Origin: the human T2T-CHM13v2.0 reference genome, Homo sapiens
Reading direction: 5' to 3' (one strand)
Assembly (NCBI RefSeq): GCF_009914755.1
Contig: NC_060926.1
DNA length: 64,000 nt
Below the pieces are notes generated by a model, which worked only from the letters and a program-made list of their open reading frames with translations, searched no databases and was not told the DNA's origin. Made by a program: the position numbers and the translations under genes. Position 1 is the stretch's first letter. Each line of letters opens with the position of its first letter. Below, in pieces: positions 13,660 to 27,030 of the stretch.

Positions 13660-14010
13660 GACTTTGCATTTCAAATCCACACATTGGAGGAAGACGTGGA
13701 GGTGCGGGTGTGTGGGTTGGTTCAATTGCACGTGTCGAGGTGCCAGGATCCGTGATGTACTGGGAGAGATGGTCTTCTGCAAGCTGATTATGCATCAGAC
13801 CCTGTGTTTAGAGAGCAGATGTTCTGGGTTCTCGGTGGGGATGGCAATGACCCACCAGCACACTGAGGGTGCTGCTGGATCTGCTGTCGCTATTCAAGTC
13901 ACTTCCTGTAACATTTGGCAGGCAGTGCTCAGGCAGCAGGGAATGATGGAGGTGGAGGGAGACCCAATCAGGCCCCCCGCAATTGATATCTGATTGATGA
14001 ATGCAGGAAA
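13660..14010. promoter_or_regulatory. Candidate enhancer-like unique element
   Basis: GC and CpG are elevated over the flanks. CACGTG 13729-13734, ETS CACTTCCTG 13900-13908, CCAATCA 13964-13970, PBX-HOX-type TGATTGAT 13991-13998. Motif evidence only. Confidence 0.3.
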
Positions 14011-16549
14011 TTTTGGAAACAACCCATTAAAAATAGAGCTTTGAGAGTGAAAGCATTGAGCTGCACTTTTATGTAACTGTAAAAGCTTGAAAATGATTTT
14101 ACTTTTTGAGGGGGAAAGAAAACTGTTTTCTAGCTAACTTACCTGCTAAAAAGAGAAATGCAAATTGTGTTTTCATATCAAGGAAACTAAACAAAAGGAA
14201 AACAGGTTTAAATTATTCACAGAGGAAATGAATTAAGAATCTCAAATTAGATTGAAATATTTAAAGCGTTAGCATTATTGGTCTTGCAACCTTCTTCATG
14301 TACAGTAAAATAAAAATAAATAAACATTGCTGTGAGCTCAAGGGAGACTTAGAAAAAAGAACAACTTCTTTTAGTTGAAAAGTAAAGTAAAATAAACTTT
14401 ATTCTTTTTCACCTGGAGAAATGTTAGTTTTGAAATCCAAGGTTAAAAAAAGCATCACATTGCATTTTGACTCATGTTTATTTTTATTCCTCATTTAAAT
14501 ATAGTAATGAATATCCCCTCACCACATAGTCTCACACCCTCACGTATTTCCTTTAAAAAAAAATAGATTGAATCAAACATTTGAAATCTTCCAAATTTAC
14601 TTTTCCTATAAAATGTGAGCTATCATTCACGGCTCGAAAGGAGAATTCATTCTGATATTGATTATGCTGTGTTAGATTTTAGATTTTTCTCTAAGTGTGT
14701 AAAGGCTGTAAACATCAGCAATCCCTGATGGTCTAACAGAATCATTCCTCCTCTGACCACATAATTGCTAAATTGTGCATGTCAAATGGCTTCAGGATAC
14801 TCTGTCCCCTCTCCAGCAGGTTATCAAGGGAAACTTGCTGGAGAATGGTGCTGTTTGTATGTCCTTTAAGTTAGGAACTCAAAGGTCAAGAGTTGCCAAA
14901 AGCATTTTCACTGGGTAACTGCTCCTTTCCCCAAGCTCTGTAAGGTGTCTCTCCAGTGATCCATACCATTTATTACTAAATGCGTGTTTTTAGTTTCTAA
15001 GACAAAGCCAACTTTTACACCCAAGCTTTATTATAATTAATTATAATGATTAGTCATCGAATACATGTTTATTACATGTCTATATGCCAAGTTTACATGA
15101 TAATATGGATTTATTTTTTCATAATTATTTTTGAAGATATTTAAGAAAAATAAATGTGCATTTTTTCAATGATTTAAATTCCAGTACAAACAATAATTAA
15201 ATATTTAGTGTATAATAGTGTTTAGTATGAGTACAATCTAAGAATCCTTATTTGTAGTGGGATGGAAATGTCTCTTCTTAATGAGAGTGTTTTTGTCTGA
15301 TTTCAGTGCTAACTTAGGAGTAGAGAGGCTCTATTAATACACTGTGAGTAATGCTAGAATTGAGTTGTTAGAATCCATTTAGTGTTAGTTCGGAATCTCT
15401 GCTCTTCCTGAGTGTTTTCTATGAGTCATACTCCTCAGCAATTGCCATTGGTTGTTCTTCTGGTTAAACTGCTATTGCAAGATTAATCTTTAGTTTTGAC
15501 AGTTAAAAAAGTTGCAGCAATTAATTACTAAGGAATAATTTCTCATCCCAAAGGTTCAGACCATGAAAACACATTTATAAATATGCTGCAATACTTAACT
15601 GTTTTCCTCAAAGTATAACTTAAGACATTTTTGTGATGACAAGTCCTAAAACTCACAAATTGCATATTCCTATAAGTTAAAAGAGTTGAGGGGAGCATTT
15701 TGATTTTTTTTTTCAAATGATATGTGGAAACATTTGTCATTCACATTTGATCAGGATTCTATGATTACATTGCATATGTAAACTTCACTTCAATCGTCTA
15801 TGTATTTTTCCTTTATTCCTCTTTGCTTAATGGTGGCGATATAATTTCAAGAAATGTAGTTTATGAATGTAAAAGCAGAGAGAACAAAAGAAAACAAATG
15901 ATGAACATGACAGGACACTATATTCAAAATGCAGACAAAAAAACCTAACTAGCAGATGAAATCTCCTGCAGCATCTGAAACAAATGAAAGGAAAACAGAT
16001 TGTCATCAAATCTTCACTTTTTTCAAAAGTTTGATACATATTTCTTTGGGGAATAGTTTGCAAATGATATATAGAATATGTGAAATACAATTGTAAACAG
16101 ACAAGCAATTTACCTAGGTTACAATCTGTTCCATGATCTTTGTTCATTCTTAAGAAAAAAGACAGGGCACACCACTTGGAACAGGATTGTAGCAAAATAA
16201 ATCTGAGTTTGAATTATTAGAACTGACATTATTAATATTTTTTTAATATTCTATGGCTTTCTGGTGATTCTTTGCATGCCACATCTTTAGCAAACTCCAG
16301 TGCCTTAATCATTTTAAGATTTGCTGGGTTCTCAATAGCTGTTTGCTGGTATGCAGACAAAATCTCTTTGAATGGCAATAAATATGCATGGCTAAAAAGA
16401 AAGCCATAGTCAGAAAATCGTATGTCTAAAGAATTAACTGCTATATTCAGTGTTTCTTACACTCTTGTTCGCTGAACACATGTTGCCCTGGGGTCTGAAA
16501 CTGAGCTACCCTTGCCCTTTTGTGGCACTTTGGTCTCTTTCTTTCACCA

Positions 16550-17160
16550 AAGGCAGGGCCCGGTGGGGATGAGGTGAACAGGGAGGGGTGAGGGCGGAAA
16601 GGGCAGGAGGGGAAGGTGGATACGCAGGAAAAGAAAAGGAAAGCTCTCCGTGGGTTGCTGGTTGTCAGATCATGGGAAAACCAAATGCTATCACTTGAAA
16701 GTGGTTTCCTTCTACCCTGCTTCACCCACACTGGCAGCGCAGCCCCGCCACCAGTCACTGACCACAGCCCAGTCGCGACTTCTTTCACCCTTTGAGGTTG
16801 CACATGTGCCAGAGCGCTGACTGACACCACATTTTGAAACCGATTGTACAACATTGTCCGGCACAAGCCATGCAGAAACCTCTGCCGGCTGTGCACAGGG
16901 CCAGGACTCACAACAGAGAACGTTTCTTTCTAGGTGGTCAGCCGTGGAGCACGGGCTCTGACAATTGTTATTGTGTATGTATCTTGCTACAGAATCACTG
17001 GAGTAGAAATGCAGGAGGCAAGACTGGCAGGGGAATGAAAAGGCAAAAGATCAGATATATACGTTTTATCGTGTATCTTGGGTTTTGCACGATTTTTCTC
17101 ATGTAGGAAGACCCCAGTAGAAGCGCAGTTCATCAGCCCTTCTTACCGGTGCTGTATAAT
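16550..17160. promoter_or_regulatory. Candidate promoter/enhancer: GC- and CpG-enriched unique patch with G-quadruplex motif and GC box
   Basis: G4 motif at 16581-16612, GCCCCGCC at 16742-16749, and many retained CpGs in a CpG-poor window. Confidence 0.35.
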
Positions 17161-19448
17161 GTTCCAAGTCAGTCCGTTTTTATGGAGTTATTAAAAGGTG
17201 TAGTTTGGATAAGCCATATGCTGATCTTATTCAAACGGAGAAGAGTTTTTAGGAAAAATAAGAAATTGCAGCTGGTAGCTACGGTAGTTTACTATTTTTG
17301 AACAGCTCTTTAGTATATGGTATTTTAATTCATCCCACAGATTCAAATTGGACTTTGACTGTGTACACTAGGATATACTGTATGGTGTTCTGAGTAATGC
17401 TGCTTTGCTAAAATTGCAATGTAGATTGATGCTAAAGAGGCAGCTTTGCCATTTCTAAAATCTTCTCAGGCATTTTGTACAGAATGAAAATGCTGACAGG
17501 CTAGCTACCTCTGCAAACATGGATGCTGTAAATGCATATAGTCTTGATCCTTCTACTTTCTAAGTACAGAATGGGTAATTAGTACTGCTAAGGCTGTTAT
17601 AAAGATATGCAGTATTCCCATTATACCAAGAATGCTGATTTTCAGGGGTTTATAATCAGGCTTGGAAAAAAAAATGCTGTAGATAAAATTGGTACCCAAG
17701 TTTCAGTTATGGACAATTTTATTTTTCTTTTAAAAAATTTGAAGTAAAGTAAAATAATCAGGGCTACTTCCAGGCTACAGAAATCCAATAAGTGGACAAT
17801 ATTAAATTTTCTATATTTCTGTCTGATGTCTTGCTTTCACTTTATTTTCCACTGTGCACTTGGAACATAACCTTTTATGCACTGTGTGTTCGAATCTCAC
17901 AAATGCTTAAGGACGAAGTCTTTGTTGCTTAAAGTTAGTAGACCACATCAGGGTAAAATACTTCTGTGCTTTGCATATCTGATGATCCCTCGGTAACAGA
18001 GCTTTCCCATTGGCCGTTGGCTGCCTTAGCCTGCCAGAGTTCTCTGTCTCTAATATTGGTGGTCACGTTGTGTTGGGTTTCCTTATTAATACTCTGCTAA
18101 GCCAAGGAAAACCTTACTCAGGCTATTCCACCACTGAAAGCAATTAACCTGTAACATGAGCTCTAACATCGCTGTGCACTGCAGAGAACCAACAAAGATT
18201 TGTTATTTGGCTTAATGACAAGTTTTAATCCTCTCCCAGTAGAACTCTCTAGAGGATTTTTAGCACATGGACATTACAGAACAGACATGTTCCAACTGCC
18301 CTGGTATGATGCTTTGGATTTGTTCCAAACAGGGAAAGTCTACCAAAAAGCCAGTACATAATATTAACAATAGACCATAAAACATCCATTATAAACTTCA
18401 TTTTCCTCGAAACTCTCTAATAAATAAAGCAAGTCCTAATAATAATTTACACAACCTATGGGTGAAAACATACCATGATTGAATTTGTTGAGCTACAAAA
18501 ACTTTGCCATTATTTACAGCATTATCTGAAGACAATTTTTTAAATTTTTACTTATTTTTTTTAATAATCAATATGGCCACAACCAGGTTATGTTTGCAAT
18601 CTATGTATCTCTGCCTACCCTGATGGAATCCCTGGCTATGGCATCTTTCATTCATTCATTCCAGCACCCCACAAAACCGATTGTATGCCTGCTCTGTTTT
18701 AGGTTTTGCATTATGTTTTTAAACAAGAATTAAGTATATTAACATTTACTTCCTTCTCTATCCCCCAACAGCATTTCATGTGCATATTTCATACATAAAG
18801 TCTTTCCCTACTGCCTACTCAACATGATGAAGCTAATTTTGTCTAAATATGCCCATTATTTACTTCTAATAGTTTCTCTATATTATGCTATTAGATACTA
18901 GTTGCTTTAAGTGGTTTCCAATTTGAAGTTTGTATGTGTTAGATAACCTACTCGAATTAATGTAACAAAATCCAATCATAATACAATCCCAGTGTTTTAC
19001 ACGTCAGCTCATTTGCCCCATCATTTCACAGATTCTTCCTCCTTTCACTTCTCCATCTTAATCCCCATCAAAACCAGAGCAAAACAAAATTGATAGTGAA
19101 ATAATGACTGTATAGAGTTATTATCCCTGTCTCTTACAGAAGAGGAAATATAGGCTTAATTTTACTCCTGTTTAACTTCTAAGCTAGTAAACTATCTGAT
19201 CAAGTTGTTCTGAAGACTGACTGTTTCCTTTGATTAATATTCTCCTTCTAACTAAATTGCTTTACTTAGCAATTTGTGTTGCAGCTAAAGTACTGATTTG
19301 GTATTTTTCCACATGGGAATAAGTGGGTCATCCAGTGGCTAAGCCCAATCTCTGTATCACAGTGTTTTTTTCAGTACTATTGAGAATATTCATCAATAGC
19401 ATATCTTTAGTACAACAATTAGTTTAGAAGGTACAAAATATTAAAAAT

Positions 19449-19736
19449 TGGGTGGTTGCAGTGGCTCACTTAATCCCAGCACTTTGGGAGGCCAAGGCAG
19501 GAGGATCGCTTGAGCCCAGGAGATCTAGATCAGCCTGGGCAACATGGCAAAACTCCATCTCTAACAAAAAAATACCAAAAAGTTAGCTGGCAGCGTGGTG
19601 CATCCTTGTAGTCCTAGCTACTTGGGAGTCTGAGGCGGGAGAATCACTCCAGCCTAGGAGATCAAGGTTGCAGTGAACCTTGATCACATCATTGCACTCT
19701 AGCTTGGGTGATAGAGTGAGATTCTGCCTCAAAAAA
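19449..19736 (+). mobile_element. AluJ
   Basis: ggaggatcgcttgagcccaggag and gatcaaggttgcagtga are J-type positions. Diverged, with a short A tail. Confidence 0.9.
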
Positions 19737-22700
19737 CTATACAAGGACACAAGGGGAAAGAGGTGAAATGGAAACACAACACGTAAGATCGAAGGCAACT
19801 GAGTAAGGGAATGCCTAGAAGAACCATCAGGTGAGATGAGACCCAGCAAAGCAGGATGTTAATGTAGATGAATTCTGCATCTTAGGCATGACTTCAACAA
19901 ACGTGTAACACAAATGTTATTATTAACAAATGCTGTCCAAAGAGAGTGTTTTGGAATTGTTAATACCTAATTGTGCTCAGTTAATGTAAGTAGCATTCAA
20001 ACGTCAAGCTGAGGTCTTCTAAGCGTCTCTGGCTTGGATTTAAGTACGATTAGCTGTATTTTTTATTCATTCAAAAATATATGCATTTAAGAATATTGCT
20101 TATGATGTCAATAATGGGCCAGTCAAACCCCAACTACCAGGATTTTTTAAAGGACTCAAAGAGAGAAAAAGGTTTATTTTCCTTTGTCCAGCAAGCAATG
20201 CTGTGTAATCTCCTTACCCCAAGTAGAGCATGCTGTTTCATTTTCTCTGTGATTACAAGGATGTGTTCTGGACTCTAGTTGGCATATTTATCCACTTCTC
20301 CAAAGGCAACCAGACAGAAAAGTTTCACATCTCCTATGTTTTGAGCAACAGTTGCTGAAGATACTGTGACATGCATGAAATGAGAAGAGCAGGCAAACCT
20401 GAATGCTGAAACATCAGTTTCCTGATTCCTCTGGCATATTTTGCCATGCAAGAGGCAGAATCAGATCTTGTTGTACCAACAGTAGCTTCAGAAAGAGAAA
20501 TGATTCAGCCATTAATACTTTGACAGAAGCATTCTCTACAATAAGATTTATTTTAGGGATAGAAAAAATATTTTACAAATTGAAGCTATTTTCAAGTGTA
20601 GACAAGAAAAATTTTATTGAAATATTTACTCAGTATTCAATAATATCAAAAATTAGCCAGACACAGAATTTTCTATAGTGAAAGTGAAGGAGTTCATTAA
20701 TTCTGTAAATAGTAGAACATATTTAAATATTATATAACTGAAGTGAACTATTTTGCCCAATTCTATCAAATCTGGCCATTTGGTCAGCAGCACATCATCT
20801 TGAGAAACAAAGGCTTTGCAGATAGTGGTGACTGATGAGGATTACTTATAGTTCTCCTGTTCCCTGGACCTACACAAACTGTGTGCATGCACTGTGGGAG
20901 CATGTTGATTCCCACAGCTCTTCCTGGTTAGCTAACAGTGGAACTAACTCTGTATCCATCAATTCCAATGACTACACGTGCCCTTTATTTGCATGTATGT
21001 GTGTGTATTTTAATTCCTGCTCTGTTTTAGATGCTATTGATAATCGTCATATATTATTATGTACCATCTCTTTCAAGATATGTATTAAGATATATACCTT
21101 AATGTCACTAGATGTGCTTTATGTCAAGCCCCTTACAACTACTCAAAATATCACTCTTAAATGAAAATGTACAGGCTTATTTTTAGAAAATTTTCTGGAG
21201 ACTAATTGAAATGGTAGAATTCGGTGCCAAGTTACATCTGGGTTATAAATTTAGCCATCCTATGCTTCAGTGTTTGACCTGAAGTTGTGTTTGTTTTCCC
21301 ACCTTTAAAATAGTAATAATTCCTTTTTATATGTTACAACCAAGTGACTTTTCCTTTACAAGAGACTGCTTTGAAGTACTGTGGGTCATATCTAATGAAG
21401 TATTATCACTGGACACTTTGTATTTCCATGTGAAAACTAAGGCTGTCATTACCAGCTTGCTTTTAAAAATAAGGGCTTTTTCTAATGAATCAGATCTTTC
21501 TGCCTTTTAAAAAGCTCATCTCTAAAGCTTTAGTTACCTGAAGAGTTTGATTTGCGTTTTCCCTTTTTCATTAGTGGTCTTAAAGGAACAGACTACCTCA
21601 AGATATTTTCTTTTCCTTTCCATAATTTATTTTGTAATCTCAACCTTTATGTCAGTTTGGAGTTTTGCTTCTCCTTATCCTTAGGATATTGATTCAACAT
21701 CAATAGCAAAAAGTACTAACAATAAAACACATCGTTCTGTTTTAAATATGTCTGATTTCCAGAGTGCCACTTTCATAAAAACCAAAAGCTTTGATTAGCC
21801 AATATACTGGCCACATATCTAGAGGTGAGATTTTAGAAATGATTAATTGTTCCTTTTTCATGTAAACTAGAAAACTGAATAATCCTATACAGACTTATTG
21901 TTTCCAACTTCATGAAATATAAACTTGTCTTTTATGTTTCGCTTATACATTTACATATATATTTAATTTTGAACTATGTTATTACAGAGTTGAATTATGA
22001 GTAACACATATTCTGCAACATGTTTATAAATAAGATCTTTATTCATTTGGGGAGGCAGCATATCTTCTTTTAGTATGAGAAGGAATGTAAATTGTCTGCA
22101 GATGACTTCTGCTATAGGTTAAAGAAAAAATACCATAGAGTAACATTTACTTTAAAGAGCAAAAGACAACCAACTTTTGCTCATTTCAATACAATAAACA
22201 GTTACATTTCTCAGTTTAAATATTTGGAAATGAGATCTATAACATATGTGTCCTTTGTTCAAAATTCAAAAAAAAGGTAGTTTTGTTTAAATTTTTGTTT
22301 GCTGTTATTCTATGAAATCTGTGTTCCAGAAAGCAGCAGATGTATAACATGCTCTATTAAAATATAATAAAATAGCACCCAGGGCACTTTATGAAAAGTA
22401 GGATTAAAATAATATTTTTTGATGCCAAAGAACTGTATTCTTGGAAGTTGGTTTAGTAAAAGTAATTGGAATCAATGGGTTAATTTTTTCTAGAGCACTT
22501 ATAAGTAAATATTATTAGCGAAGTATTTTAATTACTGTACTTTATGTGGCCTAAATGTAAGCATTTATTAATACAAACCAAGCTCTCATTACAAATTTGC
22601 ACAGAAAATGATAAAATATTATGTATGAAATGAAGCATTAGCATGGACCATTAAGTCCTCTATTTTCATTTAATTGAATTTGTCAGTAGTACCCTCTTTA

Positions 22701-24160
22701 ACTGAAAACCAGTCATAACCACAAAATTAAATAATAATTAAAGAAACAACTATTGAAAGAGTTGCTTGGAAGCTAAGGTGCCATTTAACCAAAACATAGC
22801 AATTTAATGTAAATTGCAGGCCATGTAGACACAGTTCTGAAAATTATGCATCCTGTGGTTCCGTATATGTTTGATTTAGCAAGCATTTTCAGCATTACAG
22901 ATTAGAAGTTCTAGTTGAAGAGCCAGTCTAATTTTAAAAGAAGGGAAATGGTCAAAACTTCTGGTAAACTAAATTATACTGTGATAAGTCAATAAAGGTT
23001 GCATATAAAAATTCAATTTATTACTAGATAATCAATGGTTTTGGCCAGCTAATATCTGCATCAACATATAGGACTGAGTATATGTCTTCTTAGTGTTCCA
23101 GATAAGCCATTGTGCAAATTGTGTACGTGATAACATAATGAAAACTATTGACTCAAATACACTTCACTATTCTAGCATATATAAATGTGGGATATATCTT
23201 GAGTATCTTTCATGTTATAACTATGATATTACTCTTTCACATAAAATTTTGTTTATAGATTATTGCCTTAACAATTCTCATCTAAGACTAAGTCTAATTT
23301 ATAAAAAAATCTAGTTTCATTTTGTGTGTACATGTGTATATGTATTTGTAAACATATATATGAGCGTATGTATTTTTACGAGTTGCCCTTCTGAAAGGTC
23401 TCCAACCTTTGCAAATTACTTTTTACTCTACCTAGACACGCTCCATGTTGCACAACCAGCAGGGGGAGGTAAGATTTAAGGAAATAGCAAAATGAACTTC
23501 ACAGAAGCAACTATAGAAGGCAAATAAACAAACAAACAAAGGAAGAGAGACTTGTCAAGGAGCAGAATGGAGGGTTTCTAATGCACTTGGGATAGGTTTA
23601 GTGTCTTAGATATGGTGTTGGCTATCAGAATTTTGATAAACATTTGCCAATGTACTTTAGAGGTCCAGGTTTTAAGTACTGTAGACATGAATTCTAGTTA
23701 TTGAAAACCTTTGTGATGTTTTTCAACATGCAAACTGTAGCTGAATTTATATACGTGGATCTGTGAGTCAACTGACATAATACAAAAGTATAGCATTCAT
23801 ATAAATATTCCCATAAGCTTCGAAAAAACATCAGTCTTATTTTTAAAATTTCACAGAACTGCGTTTTCCCACTTAACTACTTGTATGCAGCAATTCATAA
23901 AAGAAAACTACATGAGTAACTGAAGGATTCTAATTTTTTCAATATTTTTGTTAAAAGCATCATTGAAATTATGTTTCTGTATTTGTATACAAATGACTCA
24001 AATAAATGTGGATAAGTTAGATGCAATGTGTGTTACTGAAAGAGAGTTACGTTTCCTTGAAAATGATCAAGTTTAGGATTTGGAGTAAATAATATGATTT
24101 TTATATTTACAAACCACATTTTGATAAACTTCAATTTAGCCAGGATAAATGTTAACTCTT

Positions 24161-24336
24161 GCTGGGTGCTGCGGTGGTATGCACTTGTAATTTTAGCAAC
24201 TCAAGAAGCTGAGGTGGGAGGAATGATCGAGGCCAGAAGTTCAAGGCTGCAGCGAATTATGATTGTGTGTGTGAATAACCACTATACTCCAGCTTGGGCA
24301 ACATAGTCAGACTCCCTCTCTTAAAAAAAGAAAAAA
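24161..24336 (+). mobile_element. FAM (fossil Alu monomer, 7SL-derived)
   Basis: Monomeric and retains the 7SL-like segment gtgaataaccactatactccagcttgggcaacatag. A tail. Decayed TSD aaatgttaactctt / aaatagttagcttt. Confidence 0.8.
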
Positions 24337-25029
24337 TAGTTAGCTTTCCTGGTATTTACAACTTTGACAAGTACAGTGAATGTGTCTGCAGTTAATATGA
24401 AGAAGTAGATTTCTTACATAAAGATGCAGATTGATGAGAAAAATATATTGCATTACATTAAAATTGTTGCCAAGAAAAATAAAAAATTAAAACCATATCT
24501 TAAATTTGTTAAGTTGATTTCTTATTGGAAAACACTTTCACATATTTTATTTCATTCTATCATTAACTGTCTTTTAAGAAGAACTTATTATACCCATTTT
24601 TCGGAATGAAAAATATAGCATGTTCTTAATGACATTTTAAAATAAACCTTCGTTCCCCAAATTACATGGATTTTATTTCTCTTTTTTAAGATGTAATAAT
24701 GAAGTAATTACTAAACTTACAGGACTTAAAAACTGAGCTTTTTCTATTGATAATTTTTCTAATGTAACTCAAAACAGTTAGCATGTGTAACTATACCCTT
24801 TCACATTTTAGTTGCCTCATTGCACATATTGAGACCCAAAAGTCAATTTTTCAAGGATTTCATTTCAGATCACCATGTTAAGCAAGAGTCAAATTTTGAA
24901 AAAACTGAATTAAGTTGAAAGCAATTAAAAAATCTGCGAATCCAGCTACACACACGTGTGTGTTCACAAGCACATACCACTGATGCCCCGAGGCAACTTT
25001 ATTGTATTTGCCAATATCCCTTTTTTCTT

Positions 25030-25756
25030 TTTATGTAATTTTCAACTTTTAATTGAAATAAAACCATTATGTATATTTATGAGGTACAATGGGATGTTTT
25101 GATCTATGCATACATCGTAGAAAGAGTTGATCAAGGTAATTAACATATCTATCACCAACTTATATTTTTGTGATGAAAATGTTAAGAATCTGTTCTAGCA
25201 ATTTTGAAATATACAATACATTATTAATTATGGTCACCATGCAGTGCAGTAGATTACTAAAACTTATTCTTTCTATTTAACTGAAATGTTGTACCCTTTT
25301 CTTATCCTTTTCCTTCCTTCCCACCCCCGCCCAGCCTCTAGTAACCATCACCTTTCCACTCTCTGTTTCTATGAGATTGACTTTTTTAAGATGCTACATA
25401 TAGGTGAGATCATATGGTCTTTGTCTTTTTGTGCCTGGCTTATTTCATTTAGCATAACGTCCTCCAGTTCCATCCACACTGTAATGAATGACAGAATTTC
25501 CTTCTTTTTAAAGTTTGTATAGTACTCCATTTTGAGTGTGTGTATATGCACACGCACACACACCATGTTTTCTCTATCTATTCATCCACTGATGAACAAA
25601 GCAAGATAGGTTGCTTACCTATCTTGGCTATTGTGAATAGTGCTGAAATGAACTTGGGAGTGCAGATATCTCTTCAACATACTAATTTCAATTCCTTTGG
25701 ATATATACTCTGAAATGGGATTGCTGGATCATATGGTAGTTCTATTTTTAGTTTCC
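25030..25756 (-). mobile_element. L1MA (L1MA5-9-like) 3' end
   Basis: gtatatttatgaggtacaatgggatgttttga..., gcaattttgaaatatacaatacattattaa, gggattgctggatcatatggtagttctattttta. Confidence 0.9.
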
Positions 25757-26639
25757 AATATTCCATTTTTTTCTCTCTCCAGCCAATGTATAATACCTGA
25801 CTGTGATTTCAAAAGATTAATGAATAAAAAGAATGATTGGGGACCATGAAGTTCCAGGATTGAGGATTATTGTAGAAACAAGACCTATAGTTCACAGGTG
25901 TGCTGAGAAGACACTGGGCCCACCTCCCCCCGACAACTGGGCGTTTCTGTTTTGGACCCAGTGTTAAGTTCATGTAAGAGAAAAAAAAGAGACTGTGAAA
26001 GACTTTTGCTAAAATATCTAGTTCTTACTAAAATATTTAATTCCTTTAAGCTCCTGAATATTTTATCATATATAGATTAAACTGAGATTCATAGAATTTA
26101 ATGTGGGGATTTGGGCTATTTTTGGACTTCAGATATGCTGATTTTGTTCCTCCACAATATCAATATACTTTCTTCTAAATTGGTGCAGAACAGTTGATTT
26201 TCTTTTATAATACTTCACCTGTCATGCCTTTCCAGAATCTCCCTTTACATTGAACAGATCACTACAACTCTCCATTAACCACTACAACCAATTTCTTATA
26301 TGTGACAGAAAAACTTGGAGGGTTTTATGCCACAAACCCTCAATATTTGTGATTCTATGAATAGAACATTAATATGTAAGTATGGCCATATCCCATAGTC
26401 CTAAAATAATAGGACAAATGTTGAGCTGTGCTTTACTAGACCATTTAAGGGGGATATATGATGTTTTCACCAAACTGAGCAAAGCAATCTATTCAGCTCT
26501 GGCATTTAGAATATGAATTCAAAAGACTTTGAAAGTTGCTATACAAAATCCAGATTCAGAATGATGTACAGATAACCAGCCATTTAATAGAGAACATATC
26601 ATTCCAGATGGCCAGAATTATTCCAGATGGCCAGAATTA

Positions 26640-27030
26640 TGCTCCCATAATTCATAATCTGAGAAACCTCAATAGCTTGAAGCAACAAGCTAATTTTTCA
26701 GTCATGCTTGAGGTCTAACATGGATTGGTGTTAGAGAGGAAAGAAGAAAAGTGCTCTGCTCCATCAGGTCACTCAGGGACCCAAACTGATGGAGACTTAC
26801 CATGTGATGATATTGACATTTCAAAACAGAAATCTGCTGAGGCAGTGGAAGTGAGAACAGGGAACTATGCTTTGCCTTTCAAATGTCTCATCCAGAAGTC
26901 ACCTATGACATTTACATTACATATCATTGGCCAAAACTAGTTGCATGACTACTACATTCCACTTCCAAGAAGTAGAGGATTGTAACCTGCCATGTGCCTG
27001 GAGATAGAGAATACGACAGGTCGGCTAATG
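26640..27030 (-). mobile_element. Old MaLR LTR (MLT1J/K/L-like)
   Basis: gtcactcagggacccaaactgatggag, ccagaagtcacc, catatcattggccaaaactagttgcatgac, ccatgtgcctgga. Boundaries approximate. Confidence 0.65.
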
